A stretch of 28,770 nucleotides of DNA from IMG/VR virus record IMGVR_UViG_3300035135_001065, positions 1-28,770 of that record, one strand, 5' to 3'. Position 1 is the stretch's first letter, and every line of letters begins with the position of its first letter. The translations under genes and the position numbers were made by a program. Under the pieces are notes generated by a model. It searched no databases. It had not been told where the DNA came from and was given only the letters and a program-made list of their open reading frames with translations. This DNA comes from a virus. Taxonomy: Duplodnaviria; Caudoviricetes. This document shows positions 22,801 to 28,712 of the stretch, one piece after another.

Positions 22801-22904
22801 TCACAATTCCATCTGGATATAACGCTGGTAGTTTTGGACCAATCACAATAAATAATAATATTGTAATCACTGTTGCTGACGGTGGTAGCTGGAACATTGT
22901 ATAA
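13806..22904 (+). CDS. Giant tail fibre / spike-like virion protein (3032 aa) with split beta-helix, helical repeats and fibre motifs
   Basis: GGSGYT..PTV repeats; KIATTEYV; pectin-lyase-like entry motif IYVSQTIGSDLNDGRSAVNPVRSIKKA...IIVSGGDYVE...VVGDNLRLVIIRP; PTQKAVRDY; two GLDAD(L/R)LD fibre motifs; RVGI...P...L.V.G repeats; C-terminal ENITIPSGYNAGSFGPITI...SWNIV typical of marine phage fibres. Confidence 0.8.
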   Translation: MSFHINSDKEKIRGVSPRLIGDDEVTIRTGTGSGEKEILRAQLDPQTALPRVGINRTGNRVNNIVVDTGGSGYTVNPTVTIGAPNEPGGVQALASAFIFNGKVVTIAVNEQGSGYTTAPAVSITEGGGAGATATAVLDTVDFELDINGAIRTSTSIISDTARILNLDIDNFVTPNMAFRGPSLKTYANNTGTLWSSGVILQKDSYRYFGANVYQALNTGQTGSSAPEHTDGIQLNGEVQFKHIGFRVVDQNAYKFGETGPAGEFPRSITPLLGDRSDKIATTEYVLNLATNDVGGRIYVSQTIGSDLNDGRSAVNPVRSIKKAAQLAWATPGVKETIIVSGGDYVEDNPISLPPDASVVGDNLRLVIIRPGNAGKHIFKFGDKNYVTGVTYRDQIDSNGDSVETWDFAMVFDDKQRICIDNQANGDFGTNFPIGHQIFGPQQFNVLFQNNTGLSTLQTGLTVKGVNTGARANIIGVRFNETTGASAFVTGDINVQLIGGSFVEGERFEYITSASAGSALSVTATQQEGDNKLRVTTDPTSIIPPGTFVQVVATPSSGSAFTGFYEVESIDSTLSANNIWVVTFFPILNAPNWSGNGVGGTYTINAATPVNETIDTTSIKSIRAEGEVVSVDEDYTTTLPIVRLDFSLQGDPSIATGGFQDEQFGNAEDLGGIVFYTNALVGRTNTHEFKEGQEILIEGLPTGGPDLSVLNGKQRIYKVLEDADGRARRFVIPKKLPSITDANFDPGQFATVKSSSKIVTLSLLNSPNSFPLATPVERRFQDACVFLRNNIDFIADEVVGIINSEFKTDHYSVYNISGNSFDIYLGQTTATHTYISGGTVTFGGTSYNISGFTYDNIVTGVATITTSTPVASLQEDSIVKIADILLECDAGQKLYPAYSSPDSTGNGGDEQCREDTRHFINALIRDLEFGSNHNIIEAAQKYVVGGDIAYIQDEILQCIRAIEYARELAIYAMRNWRIGTGTPNDEIYVPRHSSVPRYFDNTVITTTALLNGDGTANNTGFACNDVRAAIDTLSFLWVDVISKNQTGTYLDAAYLIARNKDLIADQALADTEAQYPSLNLSDVNQRKCRRDIRLVLDGLIKDLVFGGNKGIVEVAELYFTGTQLTGIPEAQRDETIYAFQRVKQYAQDAMRNWTDGLVESATPVGAVYNSTTGDLNITIPAPSGGTVQVGDRIAFAEDAITFSCDTGGGAANHASPSRFDSNYGQSYEITSVAGTSMLAIGLNVGDAGTAAGITHTFVSAKANGTIVIFNPVTLSSPIPKFEDWNILLYGSQPLCSNVASSIVTEMELFEDILDGTLLPGVTTKTNGTLYDTANIITYPDSYIYDANNQRVAIRADYDDYPIIEASPYTQNASVISFLGGGGALIDGSKVKQPNCPFPGLELDGTASFPNQGKSMVAAAFTIVSFGGVGYKVINDGYTQLVSVFVIFCEDGVLCETGGYASITNSATNFGRFALRGTGFRKDPYEFDIATISNVSSTPTGRTILTVSGLGREPLEHYVVKIDGYQNTNTNIEYFVDVVAGVTVGPPFSAQLTIDDGTGGGMNLTDISTGNPVSTSVLQGKTINLHRPSIVNSSSHTWEFAGSGTNYLALPENGGTKIEANEQVSENYGRVYVSGTDELGDFKVGTFARIENRTGAITFTGTVTISEVEFLKLKGGDVVVTGFDASNTLGGANATDSKLPTQKAVRDYITNNLGPYINKPYSTNAVPRALVELTDSGKISIDQIPALRPFQVYTVADQAERTSIEGALAGDIAIQQDTSTSFILNQDNDSLFLAFQPDPALAFTIGDIFTGSVSTGSIQATEYRTGVVYQINISDGGSGYTVPPTVSFSGGNPGAGAVAADATCTIANGQVVTVTIETFGGVQGGKGYTTAPTVTFSAPPGAGTQAQGTALIESRLYGDIVNNIKIVDTDTFDDSTTPTANTININRVVNTSSFDANNWVSLSSNQIAASDITSGVIETDRLAAGGAANSFTFLRGDSNFALAVQSVKGAETRYFAALAAQCSTGSSQMIFTTNSDVLIGHEVNSSINGIPANTNINGVITAAGLTTVSLNNPVTQDIPLGTIIEFERGASPITFESTYTAGGFVDDVIVANGGGGFTNNQYFDVPLTGGTGTGLKANIVVAGGAVTELTVTDGGTGYNADFSIVNAPVQIGTGSNLVLEAKVSTVNRQYANVSLDVQRVSDLTISADLYGTIGVARYKKSQFNIGQAGNGSIELKTGANSGLDADLLDGAQGSFYTDATNLTAGTLNPDRLAGTYNISISNQSGSTIRLLTGTNNPASSPDPNNFSPGVVSNTIFNSANGLSDGGTRNMTLTLRSGGTGFDTGFGGTRQLAFTDNDNMYLRGSGTGQSSWGSWAKIWSSLNDGVDSGLDADRLDNRQGIWYQNALNINYGTLSTERLPRFIESTTVRDALTVKSFSGFPRYKIYFSGKILDTSATGDFRPGGPAINLYNANAQGVGSFQVDNVVTNDDPADNFNDYTILIGSLTSGNFVGALTAGQASNRVEFEDFSIVDGNSIDVGKLESDSGTALLKLGRIDGQASSPAIYFRSSVAVPGSNSDDHRTASITAAGGNATANSGTLNAAVGNADSFTINNQKIWNEGNVIFRTANVADSAVIRDSSGNFSAGTITANITGASSLNVLKAGDSMTGSLIITGAGSNLSVSGNATVSGTTTLINDLAVDTDTLFVDVSTDRVGIGAGVNPRSTLDVVTASNQSMMVRNQYTTYTGITLNNSTAADDYNILSSSGDKNLYLNRPSGNNMRFREANSDQVYLNSGGYFGINGDPGTYRLSVGGTSRFTSAMTFENTSNGSINFNNNSATRYWRVGSNTQSNNFFTFESSDSAGSTTFTGSPALGISGVNNAVTINTTSTSGVDPNDGSTVRNYKLNVQGDVNINGQLFQDNSEFVTSRWTEASNTADIYRLSRVGINKADPTYQLHVLGSVNIEGQDFVNQANNRVLYANGIKQWLDTYGTFKSNRNFVDENITIPSGYNAGSFGPITINNNIVITVADGGSWNIV
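16140..17261 (+). repeat. Two alpha-helical repeats DA...N.D.IAD...C-R-(E/R)-D...L..DL.FG.N...AMRNW
   Basis: Copy 1 at 16140-16730 (with a ~100-aa beta-rich insert) and copy 2 at 16947-17261. Both end in AMRNW. Confidence 0.8.
20523..21053 (+). repeat. Two GLDAD(L/R)LD..QG..Y..A.N...GTL...RL tail-fibre repeats
   Basis: 20523-20615 GLDADLLDGAQGSFYTDATNLTAGTLNPDRL and 20961-21053 GLDADRLDNRQGIWYQNALNINYGTLSTERL. Confidence 0.85.
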
Positions 22905-22907
22905 ATA
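22900..22907 (+). promoter_or_regulatory. T4-type late promoter TATAAATA driving the six-gene cassette
   Basis: Exact T4 gp55 late consensus overlapping the TAA stop of the 3032-aa gene, followed by AGGAG (22915-22919) and ATG at 22932. Confidence 0.8.
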
Positions 22908-22931
22908 CTACGATAGGAGATCTCAGTATTC

Positions 22932-24071
22932 ATGGCATCTGAATTAAGGGTAGACCAGCTTAAATATACAGCGGCTGGAAGTTCTACTACACCAAACATT
23001 TCATTAAACACTGATGGTTCTGTAACTTTTGGTGGCGATATTGACATTGGCAATAATGATTTGTTAGTAAACGGTCAACCGTTTTCAACATTACCACCAC
23101 AAATTGCTAGTGGTGATGGTGCTACTATTGGTGCTGTACTAAAATCTGATGGTACAAATGCATACTGGGAAATCATCGTCAACTTTGAAGAGGGTTTTGC
23201 AATTACTAGAGGTTATCCTGCTGCAGGATATCAAAGTTCTAGTTCTTGGAAAAACATAAATAGACTACAACATTCTACATTTACGATTACAAACCTTGGC
23301 GATCAGCTCACATACTCTGACGCATATACCGCAGGCGCTCAAGATGCAAACATGAGAGCGTATGTTTACTGTACTGGTGATAACTGGAACACAAACAGCG
23401 CAAACGTTTCTACATTCAGTATGGTTACAGAAACCAATGCTGGAACTGCTACTTCTATGGCAACTGGAAGGAACAGAACTTCTGTTATGAAGAGAGACTT
23501 TAAGTATGCATATGTTTGTGGAGATAACGGAGACAATCCAGATAGATTTGATTTAACAACTAATTCTGTAACTACTGTTGGTGGATCTGGTGGATCTGGT
23601 GGTAACAACCCAGCATGTGGTTATGGTGAAGATAATGGATTGTATAAGCAGGGAGGTAATGGTTACTTCTTCCAGTTTGCCACACAGTCATGGACCTCTT
23701 GGGGTTCTCCTCCAGGAACAGACGGAACTAATAAAACCGTTTCTACTAGAAAGGGATTCTCTTATTGGAACGAAGCCGGTGGTTATCAAACCAACGCTGC
23801 TATGACAAGAAGAGATAGTGCTTCTGGTTCTAACCTCCAATCTGTTGGTAAACCAGGAACTACAGGAGAGGAAACTTTCCACACAGGCATGGATTATGGT
23901 TTCATGAACGGCATGTATAATGGCGCTCAGAACAACACAGGAGGATCATTCAACTACTCTACCCATAGTTTTACATTCAGCTCCTCACTAAATTCACAGG
24001 GACCAGGCGGTAGAGCTTCTGGTGCTGCTATTGAGTATGGAACTCTAGCAAACGGATATACAGGAGTATAA
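22932..24071 (+). CDS. Virion-associated protein with putative six-bladed (kelch-like) beta-propeller (379 aa)
   Basis: N-terminus MASELRVDQL is typical of small fibre-associated proteins of marine phages. About six 35-45 aa repeats start RGYPAAGY, RAYVYCTG, YAYVCGDN, NGLYKQGG, FSYWNEAGG and YGFMNGMY, several followed by an F.x.x.T strand (FSMVTET, FDLTTNS, FQFATQS, FNYSTHS). Confidence 0.7.
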   Translation: MASELRVDQLKYTAAGSSTTPNISLNTDGSVTFGGDIDIGNNDLLVNGQPFSTLPPQIASGDGATIGAVLKSDGTNAYWEIIVNFEEGFAITRGYPAAGYQSSSSWKNINRLQHSTFTITNLGDQLTYSDAYTAGAQDANMRAYVYCTGDNWNTNSANVSTFSMVTETNAGTATSMATGRNRTSVMKRDFKYAYVCGDNGDNPDRFDLTTNSVTTVGGSGGSGGNNPACGYGEDNGLYKQGGNGYFFQFATQSWTSWGSPPGTDGTNKTVSTRKGFSYWNEAGGYQTNAAMTRRDSASGSNLQSVGKPGTTGEETFHTGMDYGFMNGMYNGAQNNTGGSFNYSTHSFTFSSSLNSQGPGGRASGAAIEYGTLANGYTGV

Positions 24072-24075
24072 GCAA

Positions 24076-24816
24076 ATGAAAAAGTATTTTATCTGCAAAA
24101 GTACATTCGACGCTGCAACATTGAGGTCGTTTGAACCAATCAATAATATTCTTGATTGGAATTGTTTTTCTGTGGATGAGGGAGAGGTTGCTGCTCTTCC
24201 TGGATATGCCGTAGAAGTAGGAAAAGAAATGGCAATCTTTGGTATTAGAGGTTGGGGTGATATCCGCTCTACTATCAAGATTTCTGCTACTGACACAGAA
24301 ATAAATGAAGAGTTTGATAATCTTTCTTACTCTGATTTTTCTACATCTGCCAAGGTAGCAATTCCTATGACAGAAACAAGATATAATACTGTCATGAGAA
24401 CAATGAAGTTGTTTGCTAAAGTTATTATTGAAGATACTTTTAACAAAAGATTTGAAGCATTAGATGAAGGTGTCTCTTCATTAGAGAAAAAGAATTGGGA
24501 GTATCTAGTATCTGATATCGACAACGATACTGACTTTATTTTATCTGATCTTGCATCTGCTAAAGGTGTTACTACAGATCAATTAAAAGCATCTGTTTCT
24601 GAAAAAAGAACTTTTTACAAATCAGCATCTAAAGATTTATTTGTTGCTATGAATTCCTTGAAAAAAGAATTCTATAATTGCACTACAATTAGGCAACTAA
24701 ATAGATTATATGAGGATAAGATGGGAATTCCAATGCCATACGAACAGGCAAGGGAAGAAAATAGACTAGATGAAGGAAAATCTCAGTTACCCGTTGCTCC
24801 TGGTATTAAGTTCTAA
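24076..24816 (+). CDS. Hypothetical protein, possible tail-fibre assembly chaperone (246 aa)
   Basis: Starts 4 nt after the upstream stop. Helical C-half with S.LEK..W and LSDLASAKGVTTDQLKASVSEK..FY, reminiscent of E..xW....LA..RG.....L...I..K motifs in proteins encoded next to phage fibre genes. Confidence 0.65.
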   Translation: MKKYFICKSTFDAATLRSFEPINNILDWNCFSVDEGEVAALPGYAVEVGKEMAIFGIRGWGDIRSTIKISATDTEINEEFDNLSYSDFSTSAKVAIPMTETRYNTVMRTMKLFAKVIIEDTFNKRFEALDEGVSSLEKKNWEYLVSDIDNDTDFILSDLASAKGVTTDQLKASVSEKRTFYKSASKDLFVAMNSLKKEFYNCTTIRQLNRLYEDKMGIPMPYEQAREENRLDEGKSQLPVAPGIKF

Positions 24817-24834
24817 GTTATTATTTGATTTATC

Positions 24835-25590
24835 ATGGTTACAACCGAAGAAATTTTTGAACTTGCCAAGAAGGTTGCTATTGGCATGTCTAAAAATCAG
24901 ATTGATGACTTTGTAATTAAGTCACATGTTACTGGAGATAGGCAACTAAAGCAAGTTATGCTTGAGATCGAGAATCGATTGCATAACTTCGAGAAGATTA
25001 AAATTGGTAAGAGAAAGAGTGTTCTTGCTGTCAAAATTGCTGAAGATAGATTAACTAATGCTTGTAGCGATTTTGAAAAAGAAGAAGCAGAGATTGAGGT
25101 AGATGACGCCAAGTTAGACTTGGAGATGTGGGATAGAAGATTAAATCAACTTCAATACGAGTTAAATGTTTTTGTGGATCATATCCAAGAACACATTGAA
25201 ACCATTGAAGAATTAGAAACTGCTTCTGAGTGGAACGAGGAAGAAGAAAGAAAGTATTGGATTGCTAGGATGGGTAAACAAGCTGCCCTAGATCTGATGG
25301 CAAATGGTAGAGTGGGTACAGGTAACCTCGACTCTATTGCTATGATGAAGCAGGAAGATCAAATTGCTATCCTAGACGTTGCTTCTCAGTATTCTTGTCT
25401 CATGAAACTTTCCATGGATAAGATTACAGGAAGAACAGAAAAATACTTCAAGGCATACGCAGAATCTCCTGATGTAAACATTCCTACATTCCACGGAATT
25501 GAGGAAACAATGAACGTGCCTCTACTAGATAAAATTAAGGATGAAATCAATGCGAAGTATCTTCAGTCTACCGATCAATCCGAAAGCTGA
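24835..25590 (+). CDS. Hypothetical coiled-coil protein (251 aa)
   Basis: Long Glu/Lys-rich heptad helices followed by the conserved-looking block ERKYWIARMGKQAALDLMANGRVGTGNLDSI. Confidence 0.7.
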   Translation: MVTTEEIFELAKKVAIGMSKNQIDDFVIKSHVTGDRQLKQVMLEIENRLHNFEKIKIGKRKSVLAVKIAEDRLTNACSDFEKEEAEIEVDDAKLDLEMWDRRLNQLQYELNVFVDHIQEHIETIEELETASEWNEEEERKYWIARMGKQAALDLMANGRVGTGNLDSIAMMKQEDQIAILDVASQYSCLMKLSMDKITGRTEKYFKAYAESPDVNIPTFHGIEETMNVPLLDKIKDEINAKYLQSTDQSES

Positions 25591-27247
25591 TTGGAAGTTT
25601 ACACAAGATCACTTTATTCCTTTTCTGAAGAAGAATAAAGATCTGATTTATGATTTGTATTTCACCTGTCGTATCGAACCATTCGGTCAAGATGCGATGG
25701 GAGATATCTTTGTCAAAGATCCTGTAAGGGGAACTACCATCAATGCATTGTGGATTGCAGAGCAGACTGGTATTCCCCTTTCTGCTACCTTCAATAATAT
25801 GTGGGTTAGACCAGATCAAAAGAATCTGGACGTGTGGATCGAGAATTTCAAACCACTGTATGACAAAGGTATTCGTATTGTAACTCTGCCACATACAACG
25901 TGGGTGTCTACAGGTCAGATTCAGAAAGAGTTTCCAGAACTGTATATCAAGAATACTATTCTGCGTGAGGTTACTAGACCTAATGAGGTAGTTGCTGCAG
26001 CGCAAGCAGGATTTCACTATGTCAATCTAGATAGAGATTTGATGCGTGATAGGGAGCAACTAGAACGTATCATGGATGCTAAAGAATACTGTGCTTCTAT
26101 TGGCAAACCAGTAAAACTTTCACTGCTTGCTAATGAAGGATGCTGGGGCGGTTGTCCTATCATGCCAGAGCATTACCAGTTAAACTGCACTAGAACTGGT
26201 GATGGTCCACAGTATTTTAATGATGCTATCAGTAGAGTCTCGTGTTCTACATGGCAGTATGAAGATGCTGCTGTGTCACTCAAGGCAGCAAACATTCCAC
26301 CTTGGAGAGAAGACTGGCAAGAGTTTCTTGATCTAGGTATTGATGTATTCAAGATGCATGGACGCGAGAGTATGATGCGTCTAAAGGAGTCTATGGATAT
26401 TATCGAGAGATGGGATAGAGAAGAAGAACTGCTCTTCCCACAACTCGATCCATACATGGAAGATCTTGATATGAAGGATCGTCCTATTGACATCTGGAGA
26501 GACAAGATCAAAACTTGTAAGTTTGATTGCTGGGATTGTAATTACTGTGAGTCTGTTGTTGACGCACACCTTAAGAAACAAGATCGTGAGTTACACCCAT
26601 ACATCCAGAGGTGTCTAGATTCCATTGACAAAGCAACAAAGAAAGAATCTAAGTTTCATCATGACATCGAAGGTCTGTCATCTGATACTGTCAGACACTT
26701 CCTCAACAATATCTGTTCGTATGATGACACCAAATATCTAGAAGTTGGTGTATACAATGGAAGTACATTCTGTGCTGCTATCCAAGGTAATGATATTACT
26801 GCATATGCAGCAGATCATTGGCAAGATAAAAACATTCGACCAGTTAGAGATGACATCGAGTGGTCTGGTGAGGAAGGATCCATTGAAAAGTTCATTGAGA
26901 ATGTCAAGACTACATGGACTGATAACAGCAACATCGCTATTCTGAATGGTGATATTCGTGTAGCTACTGAAGAGAACTTAGACAAGAAAGTCAACATCAT
27001 CTTTTATGATGCAGACCACGATGGATCCGTTCAGAAGTCTTGTTTAAATCATATTCTTAATTACACAGAGGATGAGTTTATCCTTATTGTAGACGATGCA
27101 AATTTTAAAGATGTGGTAGAATCTGCAAAGGAGTTTGCATCCGAAAATAAACTAGACATTTTGTATGAGAGAATCATTCTTACAGATGAGTTGGAAGACT
27201 CAAATTCTTGGTGGAATGGTATTGTAATTTTTGTATTGAAAAAATGA
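25550..27247 (+). CDS. Fusion of peptidase-U32-like (Fe-S hydroxylase family) domain and class I SAM-dependent methyltransferase (565 aa)
   Basis: U32-like motifs: VNLDRD, LLANEGCWGGC (NEG from 26132, last Cys at 26153-26155), further Cys (LNC, VSC), LGIDVFKMHGRE (equivalent of G(V/I)xxxKIEGR), and Cys cluster CKFDCWDCNYC (26516-26548). C-terminal MTase motifs YLEVGVYNGST (26735), IIFYDADH and ILIVDD, Methyltransf_24-like. Start placed at 25550 because AAGGA (25537-25541) lies 8 nt upstream; 25541 is the alternative start. Confidence 0.75.
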   Translation: MRSIFSLPINPKADWKFTQDHFIPFLKKNKDLIYDLYFTCRIEPFGQDAMGDIFVKDPVRGTTINALWIAEQTGIPLSATFNNMWVRPDQKNLDVWIENFKPLYDKGIRIVTLPHTTWVSTGQIQKEFPELYIKNTILREVTRPNEVVAAAQAGFHYVNLDRDLMRDREQLERIMDAKEYCASIGKPVKLSLLANEGCWGGCPIMPEHYQLNCTRTGDGPQYFNDAISRVSCSTWQYEDAAVSLKAANIPPWREDWQEFLDLGIDVFKMHGRESMMRLKESMDIIERWDREEELLFPQLDPYMEDLDMKDRPIDIWRDKIKTCKFDCWDCNYCESVVDAHLKKQDRELHPYIQRCLDSIDKATKKESKFHHDIEGLSSDTVRHFLNNICSYDDTKYLEVGVYNGSTFCAAIQGNDITAYAADHWQDKNIRPVRDDIEWSGEEGSIEKFIENVKTTWTDNSNIAILNGDIRVATEENLDKKVNIIFYDADHDGSVQKSCLNHILNYTEDEFILIVDDANFKDVVESAKEFASENKLDILYERIILTDELEDSNSWWNGIVIFVLKK

Positions 27248-27798
27248 ATTTATTTCCACTATTCCCTACTCAAGTAGTAGGACATGACATAAGTGAATTC
27301 TCACAGTATCGCAATAAAATTGTTAGATACTGCTACGAGCAACAAAAAAATAATGAAGGCGTACAGATTTCAAACAATGGTGGGTGGCAGTCTCATGAAT
27401 CAGAGATTGATATTCTCGAACCAATTTACGAAGAAGTTTCTGCAGTTTTATCTCAGTATCTAACAACTAGATTTTTTTATAGTTTACCTTGGATTAATAT
27501 TAATCCACCACAAACTTCTAATGACAGACATACACATCCTGGATCAGATCTGTCTGCTGTTCTATGGATCAAATCTCCAGAAAATTGTGGAGAGATTGAA
27601 TTTTCAAGTCCCAGTTACTACGAATCTTTCAATCTTATAAACTCAGTAAAACCAGAATTTAAATTATCCCCATCTGTTGCTATCACTCCAGTAGAAGGAA
27701 GGGTAGTTATATTCCCATCACATATTTTACATAGGGTATTGGTAAATCGATCAGATGAAGATAGAATCAGTATAGCTTGGAACATTAAAGTAGAATGA
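27244..27798 (+). CDS. Putative 2OG-Fe(II) oxygenase, TIGR02466 / 2OG-FeII_Oxy_5-like (184 aa)
   Basis: LFPT start, SNNGGWQS, WININ....N..HTHPGSDLSAV, P.EG..VIFPSHILHRV, RISIAWN. ATG at 27244 overlaps the upstream stop (ATGA) and is preferred over the GTG at 27208. Confidence 0.85.
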   Translation: MNLFPLFPTQVVGHDISEFSQYRNKIVRYCYEQQKNNEGVQISNNGGWQSHESEIDILEPIYEEVSAVLSQYLTTRFFYSLPWININPPQTSNDRHTHPGSDLSAVLWIKSPENCGEIEFSSPSYYESFNLINSVKPEFKLSPSVAITPVEGRVVIFPSHILHRVLVNRSDEDRISIAWNIKVE

Positions 27799-28436
27799 AA
27801 GTTTTTGACATATTCCCCAATCCAATTTTTAGAGAAACCTATTCTGAAAATGCTGGTATAAAATCTTCCATCGTTCAAATGATGGAAGGGACTGACATGG
27901 AAAAGAATGGTATGTCAGATAGTCTGTATCATTTTGATAACATGCGTGGTAAATCTTTCTTACACAGAGATGAATTTACTACGCTAAGATTATGGATGGA
28001 AGATCAATGTTCTACTTTTGTTAGAGATGTCATGGGATATCAACTACCAGAAAAAATGATTGTTACTGATAGTTGGTTGAACATCTGTAATGCTGGCGGA
28101 CAACAGTATCCACACCACCACACAAACTCGTATATCTCTGGAACATATTATGTCAATCATGAAGATGGACATGCTCCACTGTTCTTTAGACATACAGATG
28201 GTTCCACACACTCCCCAACTCAGTCTATATCACTTGAGGCTGATAAATCTAATTTTGGGAAGTATAATTGTGATGTAATTATGTACCCAGAAGAAGGAGA
28301 ACTTTTGATGTGGCAGTCTCACCTTACTCATGGTTATGGAGGCAACCAAAAAGATAATAGAATTTCAATCTCTATGAACTTTATGCCATCTCTTGTTGCT
28401 AATGACAAATACTCATATAGAGTTTCCGTTACCTGA
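27795..28436 (+). CDS. Putative 2OG-Fe(II) oxygenase, TIGR02466 / 2OG-FeII_Oxy_5-like (213 aa)
   Basis: IFPNPI start, SWLN....GGQQYPHHHTNSYISGTYY, PEEGELLMWQSHLTHG, RISISMNF. ATGA overlap with the previous gene. Confidence 0.85.
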   Translation: MKVFDIFPNPIFRETYSENAGIKSSIVQMMEGTDMEKNGMSDSLYHFDNMRGKSFLHRDEFTTLRLWMEDQCSTFVRDVMGYQLPEKMIVTDSWLNICNAGGQQYPHHHTNSYISGTYYVNHEDGHAPLFFRHTDGSTHSPTQSISLEADKSNFGKYNCDVIMYPEEGELLMWQSHLTHGYGGNQKDNRISISMNFMPSLVANDKYSYRVSVT

Positions 28437-28442
28437 TAAATA
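28435..28442 (+). promoter_or_regulatory. Putative late promoter GATAAATA
   Basis: NATAAATA consensus overlapping the oxygenase stop, 28 nt upstream of the ATG at 28471. Confidence 0.6.
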
Positions 28443-28470
28443 ATCGTACACACTATTCCCTGTGATAACT

Positions 28471-28662
28471 ATGGATCCCACAACACTCAAGAAAAACTTT
28501 GAAGAGCAAATTGCTACTACAGAAAAGCAAATTGCTGAACTAGAGGAAAACCTTACTAAGGCAAAAGAATATAAGATCAAACTGCAAGGTGGTCTTGAGA
28601 CTCTAGGACTTCTGGAATCTGAACCAGAAGAACCAGTAGCAGAAGAAGCACCAGCTGAATAA
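28471..28662 (+). CDS. Small coiled-coil hypothetical protein with acidic tail (63 aa)
   Basis: MDPTTLKKNFEEQIATTEKQIAELEENLTKAKEYKIKLQGGLETL heptad pattern. ATG 28471 preferred over GTG 28462. Confidence 0.75.
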   Translation: MDPTTLKKNFEEQIATTEKQIAELEENLTKAKEYKIKLQGGLETLGLLESEPEEPVAEEAPAE

Positions 28663-28665
28663 ATA
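28658..28665 (+). promoter_or_regulatory. Possible late promoter AATAAATA
   Basis: NATAAATA match overlapping the stop codon. It lies just upstream of the terminator hairpin, so its function is uncertain. Confidence 0.35.
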
Positions 28666-28667
28666 CT

Positions 28668-28705
28668 AAATCCCTTCTTCCTAAATAGGTAAGAAGGGAT
28701 TTTTT
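28668..28705 (+). terminator. Rho-independent terminator-like hairpin
   Basis: Perfect 12-bp inverted repeat AAATCCCTTCTT (28668-28679) / AAGAAGGGATTT (28691-28702), ending in a T6 run (28700-28705). Confidence 0.75.
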
Positions 28706-28712
28706 GTGTGTA

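Noticed and set aside
23255-23262. CATAAATA inside the 379-aa gene
   Set aside because: It is about 800 nt from the next start codon and is plausible by chance in AT-rich DNA.
23580-23603. Short tandem repeat GGTGGATCT x2 + GGTGGT
   Set aside because: It simply encodes a GGSGGSGG loop and is too short to suggest phase variation.
25550-26600. Calling the U32-like domain a collagenase/protease or a radical SAM enzyme
   Set aside because: Recently characterised U32 members act in hydroxylation. The CxxxCxxC pattern lies at the end of the domain with an extra Cys rather than near the start as in typical radical SAM enzymes, while the EGC and KxxGR motifs fit U32.
702-27878. Numerous 60-150 aa minus-strand and alternate-frame ORFs in the track
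   Set aside because: They overlap long plus-strand genes, have no recognisable motifs, and look like the shadow ORFs expected from the codon bias of the real genes.
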